Shown here in pieces: positions 1 to 13,000 of a stretch of DNA of 64,000 nt; position 1 is the first letter of the stretch; every line of letters starts with the position of its first letter. Source of the DNA: Syncephalis fuscata S228. Taxonomy: Eukaryota; Fungi; Zoopagomycota. The stretch covers positions 11,090 to 75,089 of the forward strand of contig JAHLTZ010000061.1 of the NCBI GenBank assembly GCA_025786725.1, written 5' to 3'. The notes below the pieces were generated by a model that was not told the origin of the DNA, ran no database searches, and saw only the letters and a list, made by a program, of their open reading frames with translations. Made by a program: the position numbers and the translations under genes.

Positions 1-1110
1 GTTGGTTTCAGTTCTTATCAATTGCTCACTTTTACGATTGTTATCGGACGATAATTATTTTCGTTTTATTGATATAGAAATATAAACAATAAACAAATAT
101 ATTAATTATGCGCATTATCATATTATTTGTACAGTTGGTTATAAACAACATAAGTAAATTGGATTTTACCGCTGTTATGCGTAAATATCAGTACCCATCC
201 ATTAAGCTTAATCAACTAAATCGTGTAACGCGAATCCTTCCCACCAGTTTCAGTCTCCCCACATAAGCTGGCTTTACTACTTATCCCCGAACCAAGCATT
301 ACGTTTTTATCTTTTCTTGCCATTATCTATTACTCAGTACACTTTATGCTTGTTAAATGTTTGATAGCTACAAAACTATTGCTAATTACTGTTTTGCATA
401 CCTAAGCTAAGTAAACGAATTTGTGTGGGCAGTACTGTTGTGTCTTTTGGCTGTGTGGCTTGATAGCATCTTCGACATATAGTTGGCTAAAACTATATAA
501 TATTGTGGTATAATTCCAATATGCTACATAAGGTGTTTCAATATTACATGGTTAATTGGCTATACTGATTAGTAAATATGGGCGTTTACCATGTGCTTGC
601 TTGTGATGATTACATTAGTATAGTTATTTGGTTGTTGAGACAGCATAAAGTCTGTGTTTGAAGATATTGTTAAGCCACTGCTTAACGCTAATTTTAATAT
701 TTGACATTTGGTATTTTGATGACGCAGATTCTATGTTGCTTAGACTGCTGTTGCTAGTTTTACGTTGTATAGAAATGCTAAAGATTGTGTACATATGATG
801 TAAACGTTTGGCTTTTATGATTACAAAATTATGAGATTAGCAGCTGTAACAGTCTAATCTGTGTAATTATAAAGAAGTTATTGCAGTGATATTTTACCAC
901 TGAGATTGCATTGTGGTTGCTTTTTTGTGATTATGTATAATAACTGTTCCAAATTCTTTATTTAATATAATCATACAACAAGCATTTTTGCTAAAATTAA
1001 TTTGCACGTACAATTTTACTAATATAACTTTAAATAGAATTATAATTAAGAATTTACATTCCGCAAGAATATGATCATTATACACCGTTTGCTTATTTAA
1101 TATATATTAG

Positions 1111-1128
1111 CACACACACACACACACA
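1111..1128. repeat. (CA)9 microsatellite
   Basis: cacacacacacacacaca. Confidence 0.9.
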
Positions 1129-1659
1129 TTTATAATAAAATATTAGTAAATTTACCTAGATTCACATATTGCAATTTTATGAAAAGGAATAGTGAATAAA
1201 ATAAACTCAATATTAACGCGTGAACAAATATACGTTATGAGTGTACTGGATTATGCTAAATAAGTTAAAAATTGTTATAATAAGGCTAGAGCAAAATGAA
1301 AAAACAGCTTTGAATATAGCAAATTCAAGTGAAGCTAGAATGGTATTTATTAGAATGAATATATAGTGAAAGTGTACAAATGGTGTTTTGAAATTACACT
1401 ATGTATAACAGTAGATAGAATAATTAGATTTCATTAAGGTATATAATAAAAATATAACTATATATTAAATGTGTCATATAATAATATATAGTGGTGTGAA
1501 ATGAAATAGAAATGATATAGGTGAATAGAATATATGTGCATACTGTATAATAAGTTTACAATGATGAGTATCTAATGGTCGATGTAAACTGCTTCTAGTT
1601 TCATGTTTAATAAATTGAGTGTTATTAAATATATTCATTTAATCACAAAACAAACAGAA

Positions 1660-1839
1660 TGATTAAGCGATTTGAGCATTGAATAAAACTCACCATCCGT
1701 TTCATGTTCAATAGAACAAATATCTAGTTCAGTTACACAAATACTGTTATGTTTATTCATTTGTCTCCAAATCACATTAAATAGTTGATAAAATGTTATA
1801 AAATAGGTTTATGACAACATACATAAATATGTTAATCAC
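1660..1839 (+). repeat. Inverted repeat A, left copy (~180 bp; partner 7327-7504)
   Basis: tgattaagcgatttgagcattgaataaaactcaccatccg...aatatgttaatcac is the reverse complement of 7327-7504, with about 5 substitutions and 2 one-base indels by hand alignment. Confidence 0.92.
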
Positions 1840-4574
1840 ATATCATCTATGGCGTTTAATTTAATAAATAACATGGTCCACACACTTTTATACTACAACT
1901 AAAAGGAATATCACACAGCACACATTTATTAGTATAAATAATACAGCTAACTAAATAAATTACTAATGTTGTTAAAATTGATAATATATTTGTAGTTGTA
2001 CTAGCATGCTAATCATGATTCAAAGTGCATTGTGACATTGCATTGTCTACAGATGCTATAAAATATAACCAAAATATCTTTATTGTATTAATAAAGATAT
2101 GGACTATGGTGAAAAAGAGAAGGCTAGAATCCTAGTTTACATATACATCTCCAGTACAAGTAAATAGAGTTGAAGTAGTATTGAGTAGAACGCATAATTT
2201 ACGTTGACTCAAGTTTCCAGTAGTGATCATGTTAGATCGCTGAACAGTTAGTAATATATTGATTCTTACAACCTGTGCATGCTAGTACAGTATGCATAAT
2301 CGCAATTTAGCAAACATTCATCAATGTATGTTATTCCGTATTAGCAAGTGTTCAGTAAAACACAATGGTATTTACCTTTATATGGTCACTACGTCGTCTT
2401 GATAAATTTAAATAAATGTCTATAATATTTAACAGTCCACATGCAATCATAGCATAACAACTGCACCAGGAATGGTCTATTTGATGTATGTTGACGACCT
2501 AGACTCCCACCCATCAGCGTCGGTCTATACGGTCTTCAGCTATCATAATCATGATGTGCCGTGGTTGCTGTTTTACCATTGCTTATAACACAAGCAATAT
2601 CAGAAAACTATTCATCCAGGCGACATACATGACTAAATAAACAGAAACGAACAACCAATAACGCTGAGCCCATACCCACGTCTAGGCCATCTACACACAA
2701 ACAAGAAATCTAAAATACAATAACAGCAGTGCAATAGCACACTGTTGCGATATTATACAGCCAGCACAGCCACATTGTCATTTTTACGCAGTTGAAGATA
2801 ACAACTTAGATGGCACAAACAGTATAGCACCTTAAACCAAAGTTGTGCCAATTAAGGCGCTTTAACTGCTAAAACAGCAATGCCATTATGACAACTGCTT
2901 AACACCACCCACAAGCAAGGAATAGTGATATGTATATACACACACCTGAGTGTATATACAAGCACCACCATACAATACACATAGTGTTCTACAGCACAGA
3001 TTAGGTTGTTTGATGTTGTACCATCGATCGTCTCAAGAATTTATACGGATGGGTACTCCTTCTAGACAGCTTAAGTATGCCGAGCAGTTGCATATTGTAT
3101 GGCTTCACAAGCAAGCAGTTACAGTGCGCCATATAAAGCTATGCATTCCACTAAACATTGTAATTTACAACATATGAAATAGTAGAATGCACCTGCCAAT
3201 TAGTTAAAGAACAAATGTAAAATCAAAAGGCGTAATTAAGATTACGTGTTTTAATGGGGAATGTGTTGTGTAGGCACACGTGTGTACGTTTAGCGCAGAA
3301 GCAAGCACTCAGCATTATCCAATCGATTGAATCCATTAGACAGAGTGAAAAAAGAAACAGAATAGGCCAGCTTAAAGAAAGGCGTGTTATGCAATGGTGT
3401 GTAACATAAATGCATATTCAGTAAGGGCGAATATCATTGCAAGGCAAAGAACTATTTGTTAATTGGACAGTGCGATGATTCAGTAAAAATAAAAATGGTT
3501 GAATACGGATTATTGCGTTACCAATATACCAATCTAATGTAAATAAACAAATAATGGTGATTTACTTATCTATCGCGGTAATACAATTACGAATAGTCTG
3601 AACTTGTTTCATTGCTTTCTTCAATGGATATGCACGTCAGTGCTAATAAAAATGCAAGCTAGTGAAAAAAGGTGCAACATAAAAATAGGCGTAATGCCAT
3701 TTCAAGATTGCAGTCTTGTTTAAATTATCATCAGTTGATGGAATATGTCTAAGCAATTTACCAATTAAATAAGATATGCATGCTATTAATCAATGTTGAA
3801 ATAACATCCAGTTGAAATAAAAGGCTTTAAACTGAATTCTTAAATACCTTTGCTAAAAATGATCTACAAGTATGTACAGTAAGCTATACATTCAAGCCTT
3901 AGCTATAAAACAAACGTTTTTGTAAAGCCAATTTATTTGGTATTTTCATGCATGTTACACAGTGTCATTAGCATCAATCATTAGCACTTGTCTACTTTCC
4001 TATACAACTTGCTATATTATAGTAACACATACAGCTAACAAATATTATATGCTATTTGAATACGTAGTTATATTTATTTATTCAGTAGCATCCATATTGC
4101 CAGATATTTCTGCATAAACTTTATTAAATATGCCCACTGTTTGCGTATGAATGTCGGCCAAACTAACTCTCAAAATGCTTACTCTGTCTACTACGTGTGT
4201 GCACAGTGCATTTCCCAATCGGTAATGGCGGTTTCAGCAACACATTTTCAAGCTTGACAATCAGTTGCACTCATTGATTTGTTGTACAATTGCTAGCCAA
4301 TAGGTCATGTACTGACATATGATTAATAAAAAGCCAAATGTTTAGAAACACATTATAGCGCAATTAGCCATGTCGTAATGGTGCTGTTTCAAATGTACTA
4401 TGACACACCGCCCATGTTTGTTAGCCTATTTATTAAATAAATATATGAGTCGTTCAATATAGTATTTGCGTAATGGACCTTTTCTAAAAACTTTTATGTC
4501 ATTATTTGATACGTGTATTTTGCTTTTATCTTGCAGTATTATAACGTCTCTAACTATCTAAACTTATATACATC

Positions 4575-7271
4575 ATGGACAGCCCAAGCAATTCACTTAG
4601 CTATAGCAGTACTACTTCGGATTTAAATGATTTTCCCTACATTTCATTACCACCTTCTATTTTACCACTTGTAGCTGAGCCTGATACACACTCCGCTACA
4701 AATGCTGTTGCTTGTGAGCTATCTGTAGCGGCTCAGGCAACAGCAACAACACATCTGCCTACTCTTGCTTCATCATCTGTCGCGCCCAACAATTCAGTAG
4801 GAGATATTTACGAAAGACTCCCTACTGCATGGGCAGAAATGAGTGAAGCAGAGAAGGCAGAAACAGTAGGCTGGGTTGAAGTATTTAGTGTTGAAGGCAT
4901 GGGTAAGTAAACACATTATTAATGAATAATTAAATTAACCATATATCTGAAGAGTTCCTGTTAAAACGGAACAAGCCGTTTACTCTTTCTCAAGACAAAA
5001 ACAAGTAAGCTATACAGCGCATAATAATGGGCTTTCATTGCTATATTATGGTTTGCTATTGCATAGTAAATGTATACATATTAGGCTATTCTGGTTTGAT
5101 TCGATATAGCACTAATAGACAACATTGTACAGCTTTTACTGATATAATGGTTTATGTTATTTAGCACAGAAGAAGGTCAGGGGACCAGCAAAACTGAATA
5201 CTTCTGCATATCATGGTAAGTAGCACATAACTTTGTATTAAATAGTAATAACAATCATAACACATATTTAGGAGAGAAATCTTGAATAAGAGTAAGTAAT
5301 TACTATACTAATCAATACTAGTGCTAAGTACGTTATTAGAATTTGATGATCAACGACATCATTGGTAAGTACAGTCATTAATAATTATACATAATGCTGA
5401 CTATGTATTTAGTTGACGGTAAAGAGATTCAACAAGGAGCTAAGGCTATTATAGAAAATAATAGTTATGTCCGGCTTGATGAAAATAATAGTAAGCTTTA
5501 TTAATCTACAATAAGCAAGGCTAACTATTACTAATACTAGTACTTATGGTATACAAAATCAATAAGCTGGAATTGAGAATTAGCGACAAAAGTTGTGATT
5601 TCGGCACAGTAAGCTAATAGTATTTAGTTATAATAATTTCTGACAACTAACACAATGTTAGGTCGTCGACAGCAAATATGCTGTAACAGAGCAGTTGCTT
5701 GGCAGGTGGGTATTTGTCTAATTTAAACCATATTGTTTATAACTTAGTTTAGTGGCTCTTTTGGTGACGTCTATTACGGGGAAACACGCGGCAATAAGAC
5801 GCCCATTGCCGTTAAGATCTGCGACAAGAAGAAAGTTATAAACGCAATAGAAAATAACATTTTAAATAGTTTCAATGAAGAAAAGGACATGATTACCACT
5901 GCACAAGGCCACTCGAACATAATCAAGCTAGTTGATGCATGCGATACGGAAATGCACAACTACTTGATGTTTGAGTATGCAGCTGGTGGCGACCTGTTCG
6001 ATTATTGCGTGCGCTATGGTCCGCTATCCGAACAGGAAGCCAAGCATATTTTCAAGCAAGTGCTCGAAGGAGTCAAGGTAAGCAACAACTATATTTACTG
6101 ATTTGTTACTAACTCTAAACCAGCATTTGCATAGTAAAGGCATCGTACATTGTGGTAAATTAAAGATGGTATTTATTTACATAACTAACAAAACTATTGT
6201 TGCTGCAATGGCCATCGTTTAGATTTGAAGGTAATTAGCTATGTTAATATATATTAGTTTAATTCCAACCATGCACTAGCCAGAAAATGTCCTGGTTCGG
6301 CGTCCAGTCAAGTATCCGTCTATTTTAATTACGGATTTCGGCACAGCGCGTGAACTTAACGCAGAAGCGCCCATGCTTGATAATATGTGTGGTACCACTA
6401 GCTACATGGCACCGGATGTCATTCTTAGATCCAAGTTTGGAAATCAGCTGGTTAAAAATATAGAAAAGTATGATGCTGACCTGGCAACTATGTTGAATGC
6501 ACAATTCCATGAGCAAGGCTATGGAAAAGAAGCCGACCAATGGAGCCTTGGTCTTATATTGCATTTTATGCTCACACGTAAGTATTTGCAGATCTGGTAG
6601 TTTTGTTAACTTACTGTTTGAATCTAGGCACTCTTCCATTTGAAATTAAAGTCAATAACACATGTTTGATCCATATCAGCAATATATTCAGCAATCCACT
6701 AGATTTTGACGATAGCTGGAATGGCATATCAACTGAAGGTAAGTAGCTTTATTCTAAAGTTACAAAAGAAACTAATGCAATTTATAGCGCAAAACTTAAT
6801 TGGTGGTCTTTTAGCTATCGACCGTAACTTGCGCCTAACAGCCGAGCAGGCTTTAGAAAGTGCCTGGTTTACTGAATTGTCAGAAGAATTCAGTGAGCCA
6901 GAAGTAACTCAAGACGTACAAGAAGAAGAAGAAGAAGAAGAAGAAATAAAAGCCAATAATGCAGCAGAATATACAGCCACAAAGGTTGAACAACAAGAAG
7001 AGGTGGCTATAAAAGATGAAGCATCAGCCAAAGATAAAGAAATAGTAACAAGCGATGCCGAAAAGAAAGTAAGCGAAGATTTAACTGCAACAAACGCGGA
7101 AGATGAAGCAGCCCAAGATCATGCTGTTGCCCTATGGATCACATGGCGTTAAACGGTCCCACTCAACAAGTAGCAACCAACGTCCTGCCAAAAAAATCAA
7201 AAACTGTAAGTGTTTATTGACATGATCTGTTACACGTACTAATTCAACAATTGTCAGGCAATATTTTGTAA
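4575..7271 (+). CDS. Multi-exon CAMK-group Ser/Thr kinase (Rad53/Chk2/Mek1-like architecture; degenerate FHA-like N-terminus, acidic tail, putative NLS+CaaX end)
   Basis: Spliced motifs LGSGSFGDVY, IAVKICDK, EYAAGGDLFD, HCDLKPEN (DLK from an 8-nt exon, 6223-6230), TDFG, CGTTSYMAPD, ADQWSLG, RLTAEQAL. The raw frame stops at 7152. The extension to 7271 needs a frameshift correction between 7085 and 7150. The FHA-like call rests on weak similarity (VDGKEIQQGAKAIIENNSYVRL). Confidence 0.85.
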
Positions 7272-7326
7272 ATAGCTTGTTTACTCAGTATTCATATGTT
7301 AAATAAATATTAAATTTCAATACAAC

Positions 7327-7504
7327 GTGATTAACATATTTATGTATGTCATCATAAACCTATTTTATACCATTTTATCAACTATTAATGTGATTTGGAG
7401 ACAAATGAATAAACATAACAGTATTTGTGTAATGAACTAGATATTTGTTCTATTGAACATGAGACGGATGGTGAGTTTTATTCAATGATCAAATCGCTTA
7501 ATCA
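7327..7504 (-). repeat. Inverted repeat A, right copy (just 3' of kinase gene)
   Basis: Reverse complement of 1660-1839. Confidence 0.92.
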
Positions 7505-7859
7505 AATGTACTGTTAATATTATGTTATTTAGATATGATAAATAAAACTACAACATATAATTTATTATCCCGCAATAAAACCAATATATTTGAGTGTAAA
7601 AAAGTATGTTAGCTAATGGCGTATGTGTAATATCTGTTGTAAAGTGTAATAATCATCGAACATGTATATGTAAAAGAAAAAGAAAAATATAGTAATCTTT
7701 ATTTATTAAAAATTAATCAACTATATAACTATTTTCTATATAAACAAAAAGTAGCTCCAGGACTATGAATAAAAATATTTGTAGTAGATGTACAAGATTA
7801 TGAAGAGCCAGATAATTTATAGTATTATATTTGATAATACGGATTATTTATCCATTACT

Positions 7860-8465
7860 TCACCGATCATTGTTCAGTGTTGAATTGTTTAAACTGTTTT
7901 TGAAATGGAAGAAGATTGCCATCTGGATTGTGTTTGCCAAACGCATTCTTATCGTCAAATATAGCGAATGAAATATACTGATAACCAAGCCATGGCTTTG
8001 ACGGCGTCGTGGATCGGTTGCTGCTTCACATGTTGCATTTGAGGCAGGAATGTCTTCGTCTGGTAAACAGTATTCGCGTGTGATAACATCGTAGAAGGCG
8101 GCAGCAACATCAGCTGGTGGATTGCCATAAGCACCGCAGCCTAATGCACTAAGAACAATTGCATCGTGGCCTAGTTTGATTTAGTTTAATTAGTAGGTAG
8201 TCATAGTTTGCAGCATTTGATAGTATATTACCATGTTTTAAGCCGATATTAAGAATGGCACGAATCTTGTCCCGTGTCAATTCACGGTCTTGTGCATTTA
8301 GTACAAAACGGCCAGCTTCATTCTTTTCCAAGCTAGGACGTTTTAGTGCTGGTACAGACTACCATTTAGTGTTAGCATTATCATTGTTTCTATTAGCTCA
8401 TGTTATTAATAACCACTTACCACAAATGCCATGGTACGTGGCTCTGGAAGGAATGCATAGTTATT
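7860..8465 (-). repeat. Inverted repeat B, left copy (3' half of PARG gene, 606 bp)
   Basis: Identical to the reverse complement of 18086-18691 including introns, except two 1-nt indels. Confidence 0.97.
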
Positions 8466-9188
8466 CGCATCTGTATCTCTAAATACGACTGCTTTGCGAA
8501 TGTAATGGCCACCACGATTGGGTATTGGATAGAGATGCCGCCTACGACATTCGAGAAACTTGAACAGATTTGTACGCCTGAATAAATTCTCTTCCTGGGC
8601 ACCAGCGCCTGAACGGAAGCCTAAGTAACTGTAAATTAATTTTTTATAGAGAGTATACTGGTATAGCATACTTACCACCACCAGGTCTTGTTTGAGATGA
8701 CATATTAAGCACCAAAGGATTATAACCTAGATCTCGGAGGCGAAGTCCTTCAGCCAGACAATCTGTGTCTTTGACTTGTATTATTGGTTTTGCTTGTTTA
8801 TTGTCTGCTAACAGTTCGGCATCGTCGTTTGTCTTTTTCGGCCTCAACTCTGTAGCATTCTCGTAGCCGACGACAGCATTAGGACCTTCTGAAAGAGATA
8901 GCCAAGTAGGCGGAATAGTAACTGTTTCGCCTTCAATACCACTCGGTGATGGTAAACTCCGTTTAATTCTTCGATAACCCGGACCGTTTCCAGACCAATT
9001 TCTTGACGTCGAGCACGGTTAGCATTAAAACGCTTACGCCAATGTGGCTTGCGACTAGTGCTCGCTTGGTCATTTGAGTCGTGCTCATTTCCTTGCTTGT
9101 TGGAAACGTCCACAGGCCGCTTTTCTTGATAATTGCTTGATTGTTGCTGTTGAGCACGCGGCTTGGCCTCTTTTCCTTTGTGCGTCAT
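7867..9188 (-). CDS. Bacterial-type poly(ADP-ribose) glycohydrolase / TIGR02452 (DUF2263) macrodomain protein; two apparent 1-nt frameshifts (~8950, ~8001)
   Basis: LNMSSQTRPGG-GFRSGAGAQEENLFRRTNL (GGG-x-QEE signature), KIRAILNIGLKHGHDAIVLSALGCGAYGNPP, ISFAIFDD; 3 GT-AG introns. Confidence 0.88.
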
Positions 9189-10095
9189 ATTGTAACTAAC
9201 TAATAGTAATAAAGTCTTCCTCAAAAGCAATGAATGGTTGGTTGGTTGTAGATGCAATAGATACATTTTTTTAGTTACATTTAAATAGATTGTATGAGTC
9301 ATTGTGCTTTATTAGCACATCATTACTCACTTTTTGTATATGTCCTAAATGTAGATAATCCACATTGCAAGAGTAATTGGGATTGATTAGCGTGCTTAAA
9401 ATAGAGCATCGCTATAATTGTACTAGCTAGTACTAAATAAGGCGGTTACAAGTATCAAGGCGACTGTAACATTAAAAGCACAATTGGTCAAACCGATCAT
9501 TGAAGCAAACAACTCAATATTAGAATTAAGTTGGGTCAGGTGGACATATGTTCATGCGTGTGAGCATGCTTGTCTGTCCATGCACATGTTGATGATCACG
9601 ACAGCAGTCACTATTTATTTGTTACTGAGAAATTAATAAATAAAACATTATTGCAGCTTGAAACTAACCGCCAACAATACAGTTAGCGGTATTCTCTCAA
9701 TAGACATGCACCGTGCGACGTTTAATCTCCTCGTTGTTCCACGGCATTATTGTCCACCTACTATGCCATCATACATAACCGGTATGGCCCACGTCATCAG
9801 TCGTTTCTGTGCCACCAATATCCCCAGCATGTTTGCGTCACAATGTGCTTCGTTCTTGTTTCTATATTCGTCATGAGCAGCTCTAGAGGACTATTTATCT
9901 GAGCTTCGTGTTTTTTAATACAGCAGCTGTCTATTCCATTATCGTCTTCTCTTTCCACATAAGCTTGTTCCGTCGTCAATTATTTTTCACTGCTACATAA
10001 CGCCTTATAGTGTATAATCGACTGGTGTGGATAGTGAGACTTACCTTCTACGTTCACTGTTATTATAACATCTTCAATTTAACAACCCATCAATC

Positions 10096-13000
10096 ATGAG
10101 CGGTATCAATGTACCTGCGGTGGCTGCACCGGAGAAACGTACCGGAGCCGTGCTTAATGCTGGTCCATACCGTGATCCACAGGAGCAGCCACGTCTTGTG
10201 CGTGGCATCACACTTGAGCGATTTACTCGCTTCACGCAAACGGAAATGTTTTCTGATGTCAATTTGTATTCGCAATTTACCAAGAAGCAGGTTCGAGGTG
10301 GCGATAACGTTCGCATGTGGGTCAACTCCATCCCAAATCTAAAACGTGTGCCATTTGACGAAGCCGTAAGCGGCAAATTCAAGGAAACCAGCGTCGGCAG
10401 CGAATGGTTTGGCCCAACTTGGGTAAGTGACACATAAATGGCCTAAATATATTATCGCTTACATTTTATATGATGCACTATTAGTCGACTCATTGGTTCC
10501 GAGTTGAAGTAAAAGTGCCAAAGGATTGGAGCAGCGAGGAAGAAGTCCAATACTGGTTTGATGCCGGCAATGAAGCAATGGTCTGGTCTGAGGACGGTAC
10601 TCCACTGCATGGATTAACTGGCGGCAGTAAGTGCTTTATAATTGAGTTTTTCTAGTATATAGTAGTTTACTAGTAGATTTCTAGATGGTGGTGAACGTCA
10701 TGTTGACCATATAATTCCAAGTGACTACGTCAAGTCCGGCAAGCCTTATCGTTTCTACGTCGAAATGGCCTGCAACGGTCTATTTGGTGCTGGCATGAAC
10801 TTTATCGGACCACCTGATGAGAACCGGCAATACTATGTCAATACATCAGACCTAGTCGTCCCTAATAAATTGGCCTGGGCTCTTTATTATGACTTTCAAA
10901 TCATCCGTGATGCCGCCAGCAATCTTCCGTCCGATAGTGAAGCTGCTTCGAAAGCACTTAAGACGGGCAATGATATTATTAATGCATTTGTAACGGGCAG
11001 CGACGAAAGTCTTGCTCGTGGTCGGGAGATTGCTCGTGCATTCCTCGAGCGAAAAGGCAGCACTAGTGGCCATCAAATTATTGCCGTTGGACATTGTCAC
11101 ATTGGTAAATATATAGAGCAACGTATTAAATGTATTTACTAATCGTTTATTATGCAATAATTAGATTCTGCCTGGCTATGGTAAATAAATAGCTATAGCA
11201 GCTGTATACGGTCGTTTTATTAATTAAATCTTTATAGGCCATTTGATGAAACAAAACGCAAGGCTGCCCGTAGTTGGTCGACTCAGATCGACTTGATGGA
11301 CCGGTATCCCGAGTACAAGTTTGTCTGCTCTCAAGCTCAGCAATTCTCCTGGGTCGAAAAGAACTATCCAAAATTATTTGAACGTATTCGTGAAAAGGTC
11401 AAGTCTGGCCAATTCTTGCCACTTGGTTCAGTAAGCAATATAAACAATTGGTATTTTGGATCACTTAAAATTATATGCAATGTATTAGACTTGGGTCGAA
11501 ATGGACTGCAACGTTCCTAGCGGTGAATCTCTTTGCCGTCAGTTCCTGTTTGGGTATGTAAATATGCAATAATTATAATTTCATTAACTAACTACTGTTT
11601 ATTTGTATACAGTCAACGCTATTATGAAAGCCGCTTTGGAAAACGTAGCACAATATTTTGGCTTCCCGATACTTTTGGTAAGTGTAATTTAAGTTATATT
11701 GCAGTCAGTCTTACTATACTATGTAATCTTTATAGGCTATTCTGCTCAGGTAATACAGCCCTGTTATGATTATTGCCTTTATTAATTATGTGCATATTTT
11801 AGTTGCCACAAATTATGAAGCTATCCGGTGCCAAGTACTTCTTTACCCAGAAGCTTTCGTGGAACAATATTAATAAGGCAAGTTTATTGTTACAAACAAT
11901 AACAAGGCTTTTAATTTATTTTTATTCATATAGTTCCCAAATACAACTTTCCACTGGGCCGGTTTGGATGGAAGCAAGGTTTGTATAGCAAGCATTAACA
12001 AGTACAACATAGCTTATAATTGCTGCTTAGGTGCTTACTCACATGGCACCCGGCGAGACATATGCTGCTCAAGGAACTGTCAGCGAGTTGATTAAAAGGT
12101 AATTAACTAATAAGCGACATAAATGGCGTATATACTAAAAAATACATTGTATACGATTATGCTAATAGTGTAAATAATAACCGAGACAAGGCCTATAGCG
12201 AGGCAAGCTTACTTGTATTCGGCAACGGTGATGGTGGTGGTGGTCCATTGCCAGCCATGATTGAACGTTTGCGCCGCTTAGAGAATATTGTAAGTGCACC
12301 TTAGACCATCAATAGTTGATGCCAGTATATAAATTATTTACATTTTAATTACAGGAAGGAATTCCCCGTGTTAAAATGGGATCGGCCGAAGAGTTTTACG
12401 ATCATCTTGAACAAAGCTCGAAAGACTTGTGCACCTGGAGAGGCGAATTGGTAAGCAATTAAGCACTACTATCTAGAATAGCTAATGATGTGCCTTTATG
12501 TTATAGTACTTTGAACTCCATCGCGGTACCTACACTAGTCAAGCAGACATCAAGCGTAGCAATCGTACCAGTGAATTGCTAATGCGTGATGTTGAGCTCT
12601 TCTCTTGTTTGGCATCGCTACACGTTAAAGACTTTGTGTAAGTTACACGCGTCGATTACTATTATTGCTGCTAATAGCCATGTTAATTAGCTATCCACGA
12701 GAGAAGATCAATAGTCTTTGGGAACATGTATTACTGTAAGTTGACGCATTACACGTTTAAATGTAATTGCTTGTTAATATCACGTATATAGCAATCAATT
12801 CCACGATGTGTTACCTGGCTCGTCAATTGAGATTGTGTACAAAGATGCGAGAGAGGTAAGCAGTTGCTTTTGTTAAATCTTGTCAAGGCTAATAGCAATA
12901 ATAGTTCTACAAAATCGTGGCTGATGAAGGTCTAATACTGTTAGAAGCTGCTCTTGCTGCTCTCTATCCAAAGTCAGCCGCAGCTGTAGATGATAGTAAG

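Noticed and set aside
1-4500. Short ORFs (894-1085, 2950-3177) and possible hidden genes
   Set aside because: No recognisable motifs, no consistent exon chain and no micro-exon periodicity found by eye; possibly decayed repeats.
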